Shown here: positions 54,709-64,000 of the stretch, piece by piece
Layout: each line of letters starts with the position of its first letter
Numbering within the stretch: the first letter of the stretch is position 1
Source of the DNA: a virus
Lineage: Duplodnaviria > Caudoviricetes
Length of the DNA: 64,000 nt
Strand: one strand, 5' to 3'
IMG/VR virus record: IMGVR_UViG_3300037589_000163
Location: 10,016-74,015 of that record
Position numbers and translations under genes: made by a program
Notes under the pieces: generated by a model
The model's input: the letters and a program-made list of their open reading frames with translations, nothing else
Databases searched by the model: none
What the model was told of the DNA's origin: nothing

Positions 54709-56283
54709 TCAGGATGCTGGGGTCTTAGTGCCGTATTTGTCGATCCAGCGACCAACTGTACGCCGTGAGATCCCGGTCTTTCTGGCAATCTCACTCTGAC
54801 TTGTCCCTTTGGCGTGCGAATCAAGGACACGCTTTTGGTCCTTTGTCAACACGTCGCCCGCAATTTTCTTTGCGGACTTGGCCTTGGTGTTGGCCTTTGG
54901 CGCCGGCTTTTTGGCAGCCTTGGCCGAAGCAGCCTTTTCTTCACGGACCCTCTTGTTGATCTCCTTGGGAGGAATTTTTTCTCCCCTTTCGACCTCTTCA
55001 AGAGATTCCGCTTTCCTGTCGTCGGTGGGCTTGGTTTCCTGGCCACCCTTGCCAGAGGGCTCGTTCGAAAGAGACCGGATGACAAGGCCTTCGCCCATGG
55101 ATCCAGTGATCAGCACTTCCTCCTTCGGGGGAAGATGATGCCCGGAAATAGCCTTTCCAAGAATGGCCTTAGCGTTCAGGTTGGACATCATTGGCTTGTT
55201 GGCCTTCAACGCTGTGTAAGCGTCGTCGGGCAAGTGAAAGATCACATGATACTGGGACACCCGCATTTTTGACGGGGTATAGAGCGGAACTGCAACGATG
55301 TCCTCTGGCGCAACCTTGACCAGGAAAGCGTCGGTCGCTGTGAATCCAGAGAGGTAGCCCCGTCGGGCGATATGCAGGCCCGTCGAACACTGGGTTCTCC
55401 TGTCCGGATCGATCAGCTTTTCGTCCATTTTGACGACTGAGCCAACTTTCTGTATGACCTTGCCTGAATGCGGATCCTTAAAGGTACCCGGTTTGTCGGA
55501 GACCTTGTTGAGAACCTTGTAGGCAATGATCGTACCGTCTTCCGCAAGCGGAAGATCTGCTTCCTTGAGAAACTCCATCAACTCGACAATCGAATGAGCC
55601 TTCTCCTTCATGACAGATGCGGCGCGTTTGAGAAACGCTACGACTGCCTGTGTGGAGTTGTGCTTCAGCGAGTGGACGATGTAGGGGCGAAGCTTGTCGA
55701 CGTCAGGGATGAGAACGCCGTCGACGAGTGCGAGGATGAGATCTTCGTTTTCGTTGATGATCTCGCTTTCAGCGTCGGTGATCGGGGAAAGAGGAGTGAT
55801 CGTCGTCTCCTCCGATACTTCTCCCGATTCAGATGTGACCTGGCTCTTGACCGCCATGTTGACGGACTGGGAGTTGGTCTTCCCTTCGAGCCAAGGACGA
55901 GCATATTCCTTGGCCTCTTCAAGAAGACCGGAAACATCCTCCTTGGAGGCCGTCGAAGAAAACTCGACGTTGATCGTGATGACCGTATCCGGAGACGCGG
56001 TCGGGTTTTTGAGGTGGGCCAGGGTTTGTCGCTTAGTCTTGAAGAACCGAACGATACCATTCACCTGGTTCTGGAAGTCGGCGTACACGCTGAAATTGGT
56101 CAACGAGATGACAGCGACTTCACCGCGGGATGTGATCGGAATGATCTCATCCATGAGGGCTTGAAGGCGGTAATCCCCCTGGGAGACGGTGAGAGTTTCA
56201 CCGTCTTCCTTGTAGAGAATGACCTTCTTGGTGTCTGCAACAGCAGCCACTACCCTCAGTTTTTCTGAGGAAGAGTTTTCCAT
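54709..56283 (-). CDS. rIIB: rIIB-like protein with a C-terminal HTH
   Basis: LPLAEDGTIIAYK, CSTGLH and VKVAPEDIVAVP motifs; follows rIIA. Confidence 0.88.
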   Translation of the reverse strand: MENSSSEKLRVVAAVADTKKVILYKEDGETLTVSQGDYRLQALMDEIIPITSRGEVAVISLTNFSVYADFQNQVNGIVRFFKTKRQTLAHLKNPTASPDTVITINVEFSSTASKEDVSGLLEEAKEYARPWLEGKTNSQSVNMAVKSQVTSESGEVSEETTITPLSPITDAESEIINENEDLILALVDGVLIPDVDKLRPYIVHSLKHNSTQAVVAFLKRAASVMKEKAHSIVELMEFLKEADLPLAEDGTIIAYKVLNKVSDKPGTFKDPHSGKVIQKVGSVVKMDEKLIDPDRRTQCSTGLHIARRGYLSGFTATDAFLVKVAPEDIVAVPLYTPSKMRVSQYHVIFHLPDDAYTALKANKPMMSNLNAKAILGKAISGHHLPPKEEVLITGSMGEGLVIRSLSNEPSGKGGQETKPTDDRKAESLEEVERGEKIPPKEINKRVREEKAASAKAAKKPAPKANTKAKSAKKIAGDVLTKDQKRVLDSHAKGTSQSEIARKTGISRRTVGRWIDKYGTKTPAS

Positions 56284-56291
56284 AGGAATCC

Positions 56292-58757
56292 TTATGAGTG
56301 TTTGAGTACCTTGACCAGGATGCCCTCGACAAGCTTAAAGTCTTTCTCATCGAGCGTGCTAGAGTTCAGGTACACATCAAAATGTACCAGGCTCAGTAAG
56401 TCAAGAGGATTGAAGCCATTCCTGGAAGATGTAATGGCACGTAGTTTCTTTGATTGGTCGTTTCTTACTCCTTCTGTCTTATTGATCATTTCAGAATGCT
56501 TGGTATTGAGCTCCCTGCCAAAAGAGTAATTAGAATTGTGGCGGATTAGTTCCGCGCCAATTCTGGCGATGTGCCAATCCTCTTTGGTGAGTTTCTTGGG
56601 TAGCTTGAGAAGCGAAACGATCTTGTCGGAACGACGAGCGATCCTGATGATCGAAGCCCAGGTATCGTTCCTGCTGTACTCGGCTGTGTAGATTGCCTGG
56701 GCTAGACGAGCGATTTCATTTCTGGAAATCATGGCGTCGAGAACAAGCTCGATCACATGAAGTTCAGCATCCTGAACACCTTCCCGGATGAATTTCTCTT
56801 TCTGTGTCGCTGAACGACAAATGCCGGTTTCTTCGCCGATCAAGGCAACGACATCAGACTGAGCCATGATGAGGTGTTTGAAGACCCTTTCGTTGTTCAC
56901 ATCGTGAAGAGAGAGAACGAACCTGAAGTCCGTTATACGATGTGGTTCGTCCATCATGTGTTTCTGAAGATCCAGATGACGTCGAGCACTGAAGACGCCT
57001 CCTTCATTCAGAACAGAAAGCTTGATCAACCCTTCCGGTTTGGGTTTGGAAGGTGCCAGGGTCACCGGCTTTTTCGTCTTCACCTCTTCAGCACAAACAT
57101 CGATGATACTGAAGCCAATCTTCTCAAGGGCTTTGACTACCTCCTCTTTTTCTCCTTTCTTGCGAGAGACAAAGTAAACAGGATAATGAGAGTCACTTGG
57201 AAGAATTGAAGAGGATGTATTGGTTGCCGTGTTGATGATGTTGTTGCGGCTATAAGCCACAACGATTTTGTGTTGAAGTAGAGAAGTAATTCTCTCTTCA
57301 ACAGAAGAGTATTTCATAGCGCTTCGAAAAGCGCTAACCTTCATGAAAGCCTCGTTAGAAGTGATGTTTCTGTTAGGGTTTCGAATGACCAGGCTTTCTT
57401 GAGAAAGGCCGATCTTGTTAAAATCCTTCAACATATTCTTCAGGTAGATAGAAACGATTTTGTCTTCGTAACGCCGACACTTGTTCTTTTCACTGGACGT
57501 GAAAAGACGGTAAAATTGCCTGAAGACGTGCGGCCTGTTGATGCCGGCTCTGGTTACTTCCTTCCATTGCCGAGTAGCATAGCTCTGATAGTAGACGCCG
57601 CCTCTCACCTTCATGTGGGTTGTCAGAAGTACAAGCTGTTCGACGGTCGAGATGTGCTCCAGGGTTTCGGCTTTTGAAGAGAATCCAGAGAGTCTTCCAA
57701 AATACCGAGGAGCGTACTCTACCAAAAGAGTGTTCACATCTTTATTTTGTACAGCGGCTTCGATAGCTTCATCTTCGATTTCACGAAGAATGACCGAAAA
57801 TTGATTTTCGGTCATAGAAGCTTTTTTGAGAAAGTCTGTGAGAAGTTTCTTGATGCAGTTGTTGGTCGGTTCGTTAACCGAGATTGCTTCTCGGCTTGGA
57901 GCCACTGACATCGATCCTGCCGGCGCTTCAAGAAGACACTTCCAATAGTGGTTGTGTGAGTAACGAGGTGAAAGTCCTGCAAGCAAGTTGCTGGCTTCTT
58001 TGTATTCCTCTGCGTAATCATCATGAGAGAGTACAGGGTAGACGACACTGCCGTAACGAACGTAGATGTTGTCAGTGGTGGTCTGGGTTTCCTTGAAGAG
58101 GAACAGACCCTCTGTTTCCTCCTTCAGAGGCCACTTCTTGAGAATTCTGCCGTTCAGTTCAACGTTCATGCTCCCACGGAGCACGATCTTCTTGACGAGA
58201 GACAGCATCTCCCTGAAAAGGGATTCCGTGGAAAGAGGGACCTTGACCTCAACGCCGCTTTCGGTGGTGGGGACCTGGACCATCACACGATAGTCAGGTT
58301 CGCCGTCGGTTTCCGAAGATCCGCGGGAAATGGCGAAGACCGTCTTTTTTGCTTCATTGAAGGTCGAGACGGTGAAGTGGTCCGAGATCGAAAATGGGGC
58401 TTTGCTGCCCAGACCGAATCCACCAGTCTGTTTCTCGTCTTCAGCCTTGGTTGAGCCGCCGTAAACGCAATAGGTGTTCGGGACATCTTTTGCAGGAATA
58501 CCCTTACCATAATCACGAACCATGAAGGAGTCTTCGGTGAGGGTCACCTTGATAGGGGTGTCCTTGCAGCCGGCGGCAATGTGAGCATCCCAGGCATTGC
58601 AGAGGATTTCGCGAACGACAGCTTCAGGCTTGCGGGTGTAGAGCGTGCTCGAGAGTACGGTGTAGAACTCAGCAGTCTGAGCAATACGGAATCGGCCTAC
58701 GTCCTTGCCGCCAACGATCGCGTGTGTGTCGAAATCGGTGTTGTGACTTACCTGCAT
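56292..58757 (-). CDS. rIIA: rIIA-like protein (N-terminal GHKL/HATPase)
   Basis: LSSTLY...VVREILCNAWDAH, VRDYGKGI and GGFGLGSKAPF motifs. Confidence 0.9.
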   Translation of the reverse strand: MQVSHNTDFDTHAIVGGKDVGRFRIAQTAEFYTVLSSTLYTRKPEAVVREILCNAWDAHIAAGCKDTPIKVTLTEDSFMVRDYGKGIPAKDVPNTYCVYGGSTKAEDEKQTGGFGLGSKAPFSISDHFTVSTFNEAKKTVFAISRGSSETDGEPDYRVMVQVPTTESGVEVKVPLSTESLFREMLSLVKKIVLRGSMNVELNGRILKKWPLKEETEGLFLFKETQTTTDNIYVRYGSVVYPVLSHDDYAEEYKEASNLLAGLSPRYSHNHYWKCLLEAPAGSMSVAPSREAISVNEPTNNCIKKLLTDFLKKASMTENQFSVILREIEDEAIEAAVQNKDVNTLLVEYAPRYFGRLSGFSSKAETLEHISTVEQLVLLTTHMKVRGGVYYQSYATRQWKEVTRAGINRPHVFRQFYRLFTSSEKNKCRRYEDKIVSIYLKNMLKDFNKIGLSQESLVIRNPNRNITSNEAFMKVSAFRSAMKYSSVEERITSLLQHKIVVAYSRNNIINTATNTSSSILPSDSHYPVYFVSRKKGEKEEVVKALEKIGFSIIDVCAEEVKTKKPVTLAPSKPKPEGLIKLSVLNEGGVFSARRHLDLQKHMMDEPHRITDFRFVLSLHDVNNERVFKHLIMAQSDVVALIGEETGICRSATQKEKFIREGVQDAELHVIELVLDAMISRNEIARLAQAIYTAEYSRNDTWASIIRIARRSDKIVSLLKLPKKLTKEDWHIARIGAELIRHNSNYSFGRELNTKHSEMINKTEGVRNDQSKKLRAITSSRNGFNPLDLLSLVHFDVYLNSSTLDEKDFKLVEGILVKVLKHS

Positions 58758-58843
58758 GGGTGTCTCCTGGGTACAGAAAGGAATCCCCTGGCTCGCACCA
58801 AGGGTTGTTGAGTTGATTTGAAATGTGTTGGGGAGGACGGTGT

Positions 58844-59416
58844 TTATTCGTCCGGGTTGAAAGCGTTAGCTGCGATGTAGGCGCCTACACCCTCATTGGA
58901 GGAGAGCCAGGCGGCGAGAGCGCGCAGATCGCCCAGCCGCACTGATACGCGGGCGCTGTCCGTGTTGTTGGCCCACTTATCTGCCCTAGCCCTCAACGGC
59001 TCAATCACCTTGCGGGCTTCTGCAAGGGCGGCTTCGGCGGTGGCAATGCGCTCGTCATATGCCGCTCGATAGACTTCAAGCTGACTCGACCTGTTCTCAA
59101 GGCGGCTGACCTCCTTGATGCTTTTGCGGTCGCCTTTAATGTTGAAGCCGTTCCATGACATCCCGCAAACCTCAGATAGGTCGTCTAGGAACCCAAGCTT
59201 GGCGCGGCGTTCATCGTTCTGAGCTTCCGCCTCCTCCAGCCTTTCGGTCAGTTCCTTGACCTGATCGGCGGTGTAGAGGGGTTCATAGATGACCTGCCGC
59301 GAAAGAGCCTTTTCGATCCGCTTTTTCATTTGGTCTGCGGCCTGCGGGAAAGCTAGTTCTGCCCCCCAATTTTCGGCGCGAATAAGGAACGCCACCGGTT
59401 CCATCTTGTCAGTCAT
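58844..59416 (-). CDS. Hypothetical protein with coiled-coil segments
   Basis: 190-aa ORF with an AGGAG RBS. Confidence 0.65.
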   Translation of the reverse strand: MTDKMEPVAFLIRAENWGAELAFPQAADQMKKRIEKALSRQVIYEPLYTADQVKELTERLEEAEAQNDERRAKLGFLDDLSEVCGMSWNGFNIKGDRKSIKEVSRLENRSSQLEVYRAAYDERIATAEAALAEARKVIEPLRARADKWANNTDSARVSVRLGDLRALAAWLSSNEGVGAYIAANAFNPDE

Positions 59417-59446
59417 TGGGGGTCTCCTTATGTGGGTGAATTGTCT

Positions 59447-60349
59447 TCAGAGACATTCGTTGGGGAGCATCTTACGATACTGCCGAAAGCCCTCGAAGTT
59501 GCCGTGTTCTTCGGGCTGATCCCAGATCTCGTCGAGCGCCCACCAGGAATCAGCCTGAGCGACGTGTTCGGCCGGCGATGCGTGAAGAGGAGAGGCGCCG
59601 ATGAGCTTGTCATGCAGATCGATCGCACGCTCCAGGGTCATGTCAAAACCGTCGACCGTTTTGTAGGAAGTCGATGCACAGCAAGCGACGGATTTCTTGA
59701 TTGCCAGTTCCATCCAGTTCCCGTCTGTCTTGGTGATATCATCCCAGTCGTTGACAAACGGGGTGTGCCATTGACCAGGCTGAATAACCTGGATGTTGTC
59801 TTCCCGCTCGAGCTCTTTGCGGACCTCACGAGCCAGGATGGCAATGTGGGGTTCGGCATCGGGATGATCTCTGAGAGCTAGGAAGTTCGACCATTCGGTC
59901 GATGAAACGACGACGGTGATGTGGCTGAAGGGCTCCAGCAAACGGTTGACGATCTGCTTGTGGTAACCGGCGTCAGCGAATGCCTTCGCGGAATTCACAG
60001 CAGAAATACAGGCTTGAGCCCATGCATTTTCTCGATCGATAGTTCCTGTTGGCAACAGGGAATCGCGAACAGGTGAATTGCACTCCTCGTCAGCCTGCAT
60101 GCCCTTCTGATTCTTACCCCAGTGCAGAGGAGTGAAAGGGTCGTTCAGCACGTCCTGGATCAGTTTTTTGACCGGAATGGCCCTGGAGCTGCTTGCGTTC
60201 CTGGAGAACTGACGGTGGGTCATGAACTCCCCATGGATCGGCCGGGGATAACGAAGCAGCAAGGTTGAGAGAACCTTTTCAGGCCGGCTGGCGTTGCGGC
60301 TGCGGAGGATAGTCTGGGCAGAAATTGTGGTCATGAGGGTCTCTTTCAA
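59447..60349 (-). CDS. thyX: Flavin-dependent thymidylate synthase
   Basis: EFMTHRQFSRNASSSRAIP, HKQIVNRLLEPF and HASPAEH motifs. Confidence 0.9.
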   Translation of the reverse strand: MKETLMTTISAQTILRSRNASRPEKVLSTLLLRYPRPIHGEFMTHRQFSRNASSSRAIPVKKLIQDVLNDPFTPLHWGKNQKGMQADEECNSPVRDSLLPTGTIDRENAWAQACISAVNSAKAFADAGYHKQIVNRLLEPFSHITVVVSSTEWSNFLALRDHPDAEPHIAILAREVRKELEREDNIQVIQPGQWHTPFVNDWDDITKTDGNWMELAIKKSVACCASTSYKTVDGFDMTLERAIDLHDKLIGASPLHASPAEHVAQADSWWALDEIWDQPEEHGNFEGFRQYRKMLPNECL

Positions 60350-60567
60350 TACGCCAAGGCGTAGGCTGGCATGCCGTTACAGGATGGCCAGATTGACGAA
60401 GTGGGTTTGGATTTCAGCACACCTCTTCGGACCAAGCGATTGAGACGCCATTTCCAAAAAATGTAATCTGAAAGGGGTGAAAAGCACGCCACTCCATCAA
60501 TGCGTTGAAAGTACCTCGGAGGCACTTCACGGCTGAAATAGCGTAATGCTTCGTGATCGAAACTCAT
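60346..60567 (-). CDS. Small basic hypothetical protein (73 aa, MSFDHE...)
   Basis: Internal Met of the listed 138-aa ORF with a GGAGG RBS; stop overlaps the thyX start. Confidence 0.6.
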   Translation of the reverse strand: MSFDHEALRYFSREVPPRYFQRIDGVACFSPLSDYIFWKWRLNRLVRRGVLKSKPTSSIWPSCNGMPAYALAY

Positions 60568-60580
60568 GAGATCACCTCCT

Positions 60581-60820
60581 TCAGACGATTTCGATGATGT
60601 CTGAGTTGGGGTATTTGATCTGGAGCTGGACCGCTTTTTCGTAAGCGGTCTTGAAGTCGGGGATGTCCTCAACTTCTTCGATGGGATCATCTCCCTCGAA
60701 CCGAACCAGGACATCGTAGAAATCAGCTTCCTGGTGTGTTTCGGCCAAGGTGGTGTCGCCATTGGGGCAGTTCTTCATCGGGTAAATGCCGATTTCAGGA
60801 ATTTTCATGGGTATCCTCAA
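60581..60820 (-). CDS. Hypothetical protein
   Basis: 79-aa acidic ORF within the operon. Confidence 0.6.
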   Translation of the reverse strand: MRIPMKIPEIGIYPMKNCPNGDTTLAETHQEADFYDVLVRFEGDDPIEEVEDIPDFKTAYEKAVQLQIKYPNSDIIEIV

Positions 60821-61055
60821 TAGGTTCTAGAACCAGGCGGAACCCCAGCTCTTGAGCCAGGGCTTCCACGTTGGTGATTGAAGGATCGGTACGGCCGCTT
60901 TTCCAGTATTGGAGGCCCGTACTGGTCATGTTCAGGGAAACAGCAACATCGACTATGCGGCGTCGATCTTCCTTCATGATCCCGAACAGTTTTTTGACGA
61001 CGGTCGAGGCCGTTTTTGGTGTTGTCCGTTGAGTCTGAAAGATGGGAGCGGCCAT
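60795..61055 (-). CDS. XRE-like HTH protein
   Basis: IVDVAVSLNMTSTGLQYWKSGRTDPSITNVEALAQELG. Confidence 0.8.
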   Translation of the reverse strand: MAAPIFQTQRTTPKTASTVVKKLFGIMKEDRRRIVDVAVSLNMTSTGLQYWKSGRTDPSITNVEALAQELGFRLVLEPIEDTHENS

Positions 61056-61060
61056 GCAAA

Positions 61061-61516
61061 TCAGACCGCTTCGCAGATCATCCGGACCCTGACACCAGCT
61101 TCTTGGAACATTTCCGCAGCTGCATCGAATTCTTGCATAGGCATGCGGGTCTGGTTCGGGCCGGCGATCACTTCAATGATACCGGCCTGGATGAGTGTCT
61201 TTGCACAAGAACTGCAAGGCATGTGGGTCACATAGACCTTGCAGTTCTTGGTGGAGATGCCTTCACGAGCCGCAAAAGCAATCAGGTTGGCCTCGGCGTG
61301 CGCCGCGAAGAGATACTTCTTCGGGCGTTCCCGTCGATCGGCAGAATCATTCACGCCGCGGGGTGGTCCGTTGAAGCCGGTCAATCGAACTTCCTGGTTC
61401 GGTCCGACCAGGACTGCTCCGACCTGGGTGCTGTCTTTCGACTTGATTGCGGCATGTTTGGCGAACCCGTAGAGATACTGATCCCAACGGGTTACCGAAT
61501 CTGTTGAATTTTTCAT
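61061..61516 (-). CDS. dCMP deaminase
   Basis: SKD.STQVGAV, TGFNG, HAEAN and PCSSC Zn-binding motifs. Confidence 0.93.
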   Translation of the reverse strand: MKNSTDSVTRWDQYLYGFAKHAAIKSKDSTQVGAVLVGPNQEVRLTGFNGPPRGVNDSADRRERPKKYLFAAHAEANLIAFAAREGISTKNCKVYVTHMPCSSCAKTLIQAGIIEVIAGPNQTRMPMQEFDAAAEMFQEAGVRVRMICEAV

Positions 61517-61540
61517 TATGTCACCTGTATTATCTAAATA

Positions 61541-61575
61541 ATCTTCAGGGGATTAATAAATAATCCCCTGAAGAT
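61541..61575. repeat. Perfect 15-bp inverted repeat (terminator or operator)
   Basis: ATCTTCAGGGGATTA-ATAAA-TAATCCCCTGAAGAT. Confidence 0.8.
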
Positions 61576-61583
61576 ATTAGATG

Positions 61584-62849
61584 TTAATCGCGAAGATGCG
61601 TGATGCGGCCTGTCTTGACCTTGGCGCTGGTGTTGTTGAGAGCAACCCAGATGATCGGAATCACCATGCCCCCGGGAAGGGGCTCCATTGGATTGCATTC
61701 AAGGTCGGAAAAGACGACGACAGCGGTGGGTCTCTGCTCGATGATAAACTCACGTACACATTCGAGGCAGGTTCCACCGCGACCGATGACATGGATCTCC
61801 TCGAAAGGATCATCTTTCTCGAACACGTCGACCTTGCGGATCCTCGTGTCGAATTGAGCCATCGTCATCTTTTCGGGCTTGTAGTAGTCCTTGACGTATT
61901 TGAACTCGGAGTGGAACCGGATGATGTCGCGATCGGTGATCGATCCTGACACATCCAGGAAATAGAGGATGTGATTCAGGCCAGTTTCGTCATCCTGGAT
62001 CGACGGCAGATAGACGTCTGAATACCGCCTGTTCGGTCGGGCCCAGCTGTAGTCCTCTCCACCCAGCTCCTCGAAGAAGTTCCGAAGGATGGTTTCCCAG
62101 GGAAGCTTGGGAGAGAGAAACTGCTTAAGGGTCTGTTCCACGGCCTCTGGAAGGTGCTCTCCGGCAATCCTGGCAGAGTTGGCGGCCGAGACCACTCGAG
62201 CAACAACTTCATGCTCGATCTGTGACGAATCTTCGTCGGCTTCATCTGGTTCGCTGACGTCACCGTCGAGATCAGAAGGAAGATCGTCGGTGTCATCTTC
62301 ATTGAGATCATCATCAACCAGATAACGAGCGGCCAGGGCGTCGTAAACGACTTCTGTGCCATCTCCGTCGAAAGCGTGGTCCATCCAAACATTCAGTCCG
62401 CCAAAGGAGTGCCCTTCGTCGTCGAGAAGATTGTTGATGACAACGTCGGCGGCCCAGTTCCAGATCTTGGGGTGCCTTTCTCCACGCCGAAGCATGTGGA
62501 GAAGGGCGACGTGCCAAAGTTCATGGAGGAGGACGGTGACCCTGACCTCAAAAGGTATACTCAAGAAGAAGTCAGGGTTCCACATGAGGCTGATGCCGTC
62601 AGTGGCCGCAGTTGGAATCTGCTCGTCCCAGACGAAGTTGAGCGAACACATCAGCGGAGCGAGAAATGCCGCATTGGTGCCGATGAAGACCTTTGCCTTG
62701 ACGCGATCAAGTTCGCGGTTGAGCGTTGCGTAATCCCGTTCAGGCGGCGTGTTGCTGGATGTCGTCATGGAGATACCTCGAGAGATCGACAAGGGCCTGG
62801 CGAAAGGCCGGATGAGAGCGGAGCTCCTTCTTCCGGAGCTTGAGGCCAC
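61584..62849 (-). CDS. Metallopeptidase-like + VWA domain protein (N4 gp25-like)
   Basis: TAATDG, LHELWH, WNWAADVVIN, DVSGS and GRGGT motifs. True start probably MTTSSN near 62768. Confidence 0.88.
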   Translation of the reverse strand: MASSSGRRSSALIRPFARPLSISRGISMTTSSNTPPERDYATLNRELDRVKAKVFIGTNAAFLAPLMCSLNFVWDEQIPTAATDGISLMWNPDFFLSIPFEVRVTVLLHELWHVALLHMLRRGERHPKIWNWAADVVINNLLDDEGHSFGGLNVWMDHAFDGDGTEVVYDALAARYLVDDDLNEDDTDDLPSDLDGDVSEPDEADEDSSQIEHEVVARVVSAANSARIAGEHLPEAVEQTLKQFLSPKLPWETILRNFFEELGGEDYSWARPNRRYSDVYLPSIQDDETGLNHILYFLDVSGSITDRDIIRFHSEFKYVKDYYKPEKMTMAQFDTRIRKVDVFEKDDPFEEIHVIGRGGTCLECVREFIIEQRPTAVVVFSDLECNPMEPLPGGMVIPIIWVALNNTSAKVKTGRITHLRD

Positions 62850-63798
62850 GGAAGAAAAGAACCTGAAATTCCATCGGCATCCGCTTGATGTAGGTCACGA
62901 CGTCGTCGAGATTCTTCTCGTCGCCGTGATCCATGAGATGCGTGACGGTGGCGTAGCGGGTGGCCGGATCGGCAGGCACCGGAATGCCTGAAGGATTGTT
63001 GACGATCTCGCGGATGCTCGGGAGGTTTTCATAGACCTTGACGAACTGGACGAAATCGGCCGCAACACCGGAAGTGATCGTGCCGGCGTACATGGCTGCC
63101 TTGGAAGCAGTGACTTCCTTGTCCTGGATCAGCTTGTTCATGAACTCCCAGGTGCGGGGGCAGCAAAAGGTGTGATCGTTGTGGTCGGGCCGAAAATCGT
63201 GGAGTTGTGTCGGCTTGTAGCTGAGATAAGCCACGATCCGAGAATCCCAGTTCCTGGCCAGCATCACATCTTCCTGGAACTGCTTGAAGTCCAGGCGCAG
63301 AACCAGGTGAATCACACGGCTCTGCATGGCCGTCGAGAGAGGATTGACGATCGCCCTGTCAGTGGCCAGGTTGCCGGCGCAGACGATAGCAACGTTGTTG
63401 TGAAGCCGATGTTGCCCAACCATACGATCGAGAACCAGCTTGTAAGCGGCAGCCTGGACTGACTTTGATGCCGAGTTGAACTCGTCCAGGAACAGAAGCC
63501 ATCCCTGCTTTCCTTCCGGCAAGTCAGTGTCTTCAACAGGAAAGACGTCGAAAGGGGAGAAAGTGGCTTTGCCGTTTTGAAAATTGGGAAGGCCGGAGAG
63601 ATCTTCCGGCGCCATTGTCGAAAGACGCATGTCGACCATCTTCAAGGAATAGTCGTTGCTGACTTCGTAGTTGATTGCGCTCTTCCCCATGCCGGGGGAG
63701 GACTGCATGAAAGGCACCAGACCGGCGGCAATGATTTCCGATACGTAATTTTTGGCTTCCCGCGGTGTGCAGGTGTAGGCAGTCATTCCCTCGGACAT
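62740..63798 (-). CDS. MoxR-type AAA+ ATPase (N4 gp24-like)
   Basis: SSPGMGKS, LFLDEFN, AGNLATD and CCPRTW motifs. Confidence 0.9.
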   Translation of the reverse strand: MSEGMTAYTCTPREAKNYVSEIIAAGLVPFMQSSPGMGKSAINYEVSNDYSLKMVDMRLSTMAPEDLSGLPNFQNGKATFSPFDVFPVEDTDLPEGKQGWLLFLDEFNSASKSVQAAAYKLVLDRMVGQHRLHNNVAIVCAGNLATDRAIVNPLSTAMQSRVIHLVLRLDFKQFQEDVMLARNWDSRIVAYLSYKPTQLHDFRPDHNDHTFCCPRTWEFMNKLIQDKEVTASKAAMYAGTITSGVAADFVQFVKVYENLPSIREIVNNPSGIPVPADPATRYATVTHLMDHGDEKNLDDVVTYIKRMPMEFQVLFFRGLKLRKKELRSHPAFRQALVDLSRYLHDDIQQHAA

Positions 63799-63810
63799 AT
63801 GGTTTTCCTT

Positions 63811-63999
63811 TCATGTCTCCTGATTGGGGGTAGTTATTGGTTGGATGATGAGCTCCAGGCCCATGACGGCCAGGGCAGCTTCCATGTTGAAAACGGTGGC
63901 GGCGGCTTTGCCTGTCTTCCACCCGTAAAACGTGTTGACGTGGATACCGGACCGATCGGAGATCTCAGATTGAGAGATCCCCGCTGTATCCAGATATTG
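63811..63999 (-). CDS. XRE-like HTH protein, 5' end outside the window
   Basis: Translated by hand: ...GISQSEISDRSGIHVNTFYGWKTG...NMEAALAVMGLELIIQPI. Confidence 0.7.
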   Translation of the reverse strand, partial: QYLDTAGISQSEISDRSGIHVNTFYGWKTGKAAATVFNMEAALAVMGLELIIQPITTPNQET

Positions 64000-64000
64000 G

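Noticed and set aside
43348-63462. + strand ORFs opposite the replication genes (e.g. 45667..46920, 46808..47878, 55468..56268)
   Set aside because: They are antisense shadows of well-supported - strand genes.
1-64000. tRNA genes, CRISPR arrays, integrase, IS elements, reverse transcriptase/DGR, introns and inteins
   Set aside because: None was recognisable by eye. The core genes have typical lengths and uninterrupted frames. A tRNAscan/Infernal run would be needed to exclude atypical RNAs.
1-64000. Stop-codon reassignment
   Set aside because: Genes read through intact under the standard code and pack tightly, so there is no sign of recoding.

Overview
This window is about 64 kb of a lytic N4-like (Schitoviridae-type) podophage genome, apparently circularly permuted. 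The likely junction of the genome ends is a non-coding stretch at ~3.7-4.3 kb. The host is probably an alphaproteobacterium, possibly Rhizobiaceae (inference, low confidence). The + strand (4.7-39.2 kb) carries a small anti-defence-like operon, terminase, tail/receptor-binding genes, a lysis cassette, portal, capsid, ejection proteins and a 3546-aa virion RNA polymerase. The - strand carries the early genes (<1-3.6 kb, with N4-type hairpin promoters and a gp2/Drc homolog). It also carries the middle/replication genes (39.2-64 kb): nucleotide metabolism, RuvC, SSB, primase, family A DNA polymerase, helicase, an H-NS-like protein, rIIA/rIIB, ThyX, dCMP deaminase and a MoxR/VWA pair. The two RNAP2 subunit genes are not in the window. 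The most interesting item is a translationally coupled three-gene operon at 4673-5909. It encodes a Tad2/DUF2829-like protein, an N4 gp49/Sf6 gp66-family domain fused to an uncharacterised YxGTK...SWSPK domain, and a small multi-pass membrane protein, and is a candidate nucleotide-signal sponge system. Other notable items are a phage H-NS with an acidic extension, an M15-type peptidase domain inside an ejection protein, two structured non-coding segments, a genome-wide AGATAAT motif, a metallophosphoesterase inside the lysis cassette and a lone counter-oriented lipoprotein. All family assignments come from motif recognition by eye; no searches were run.
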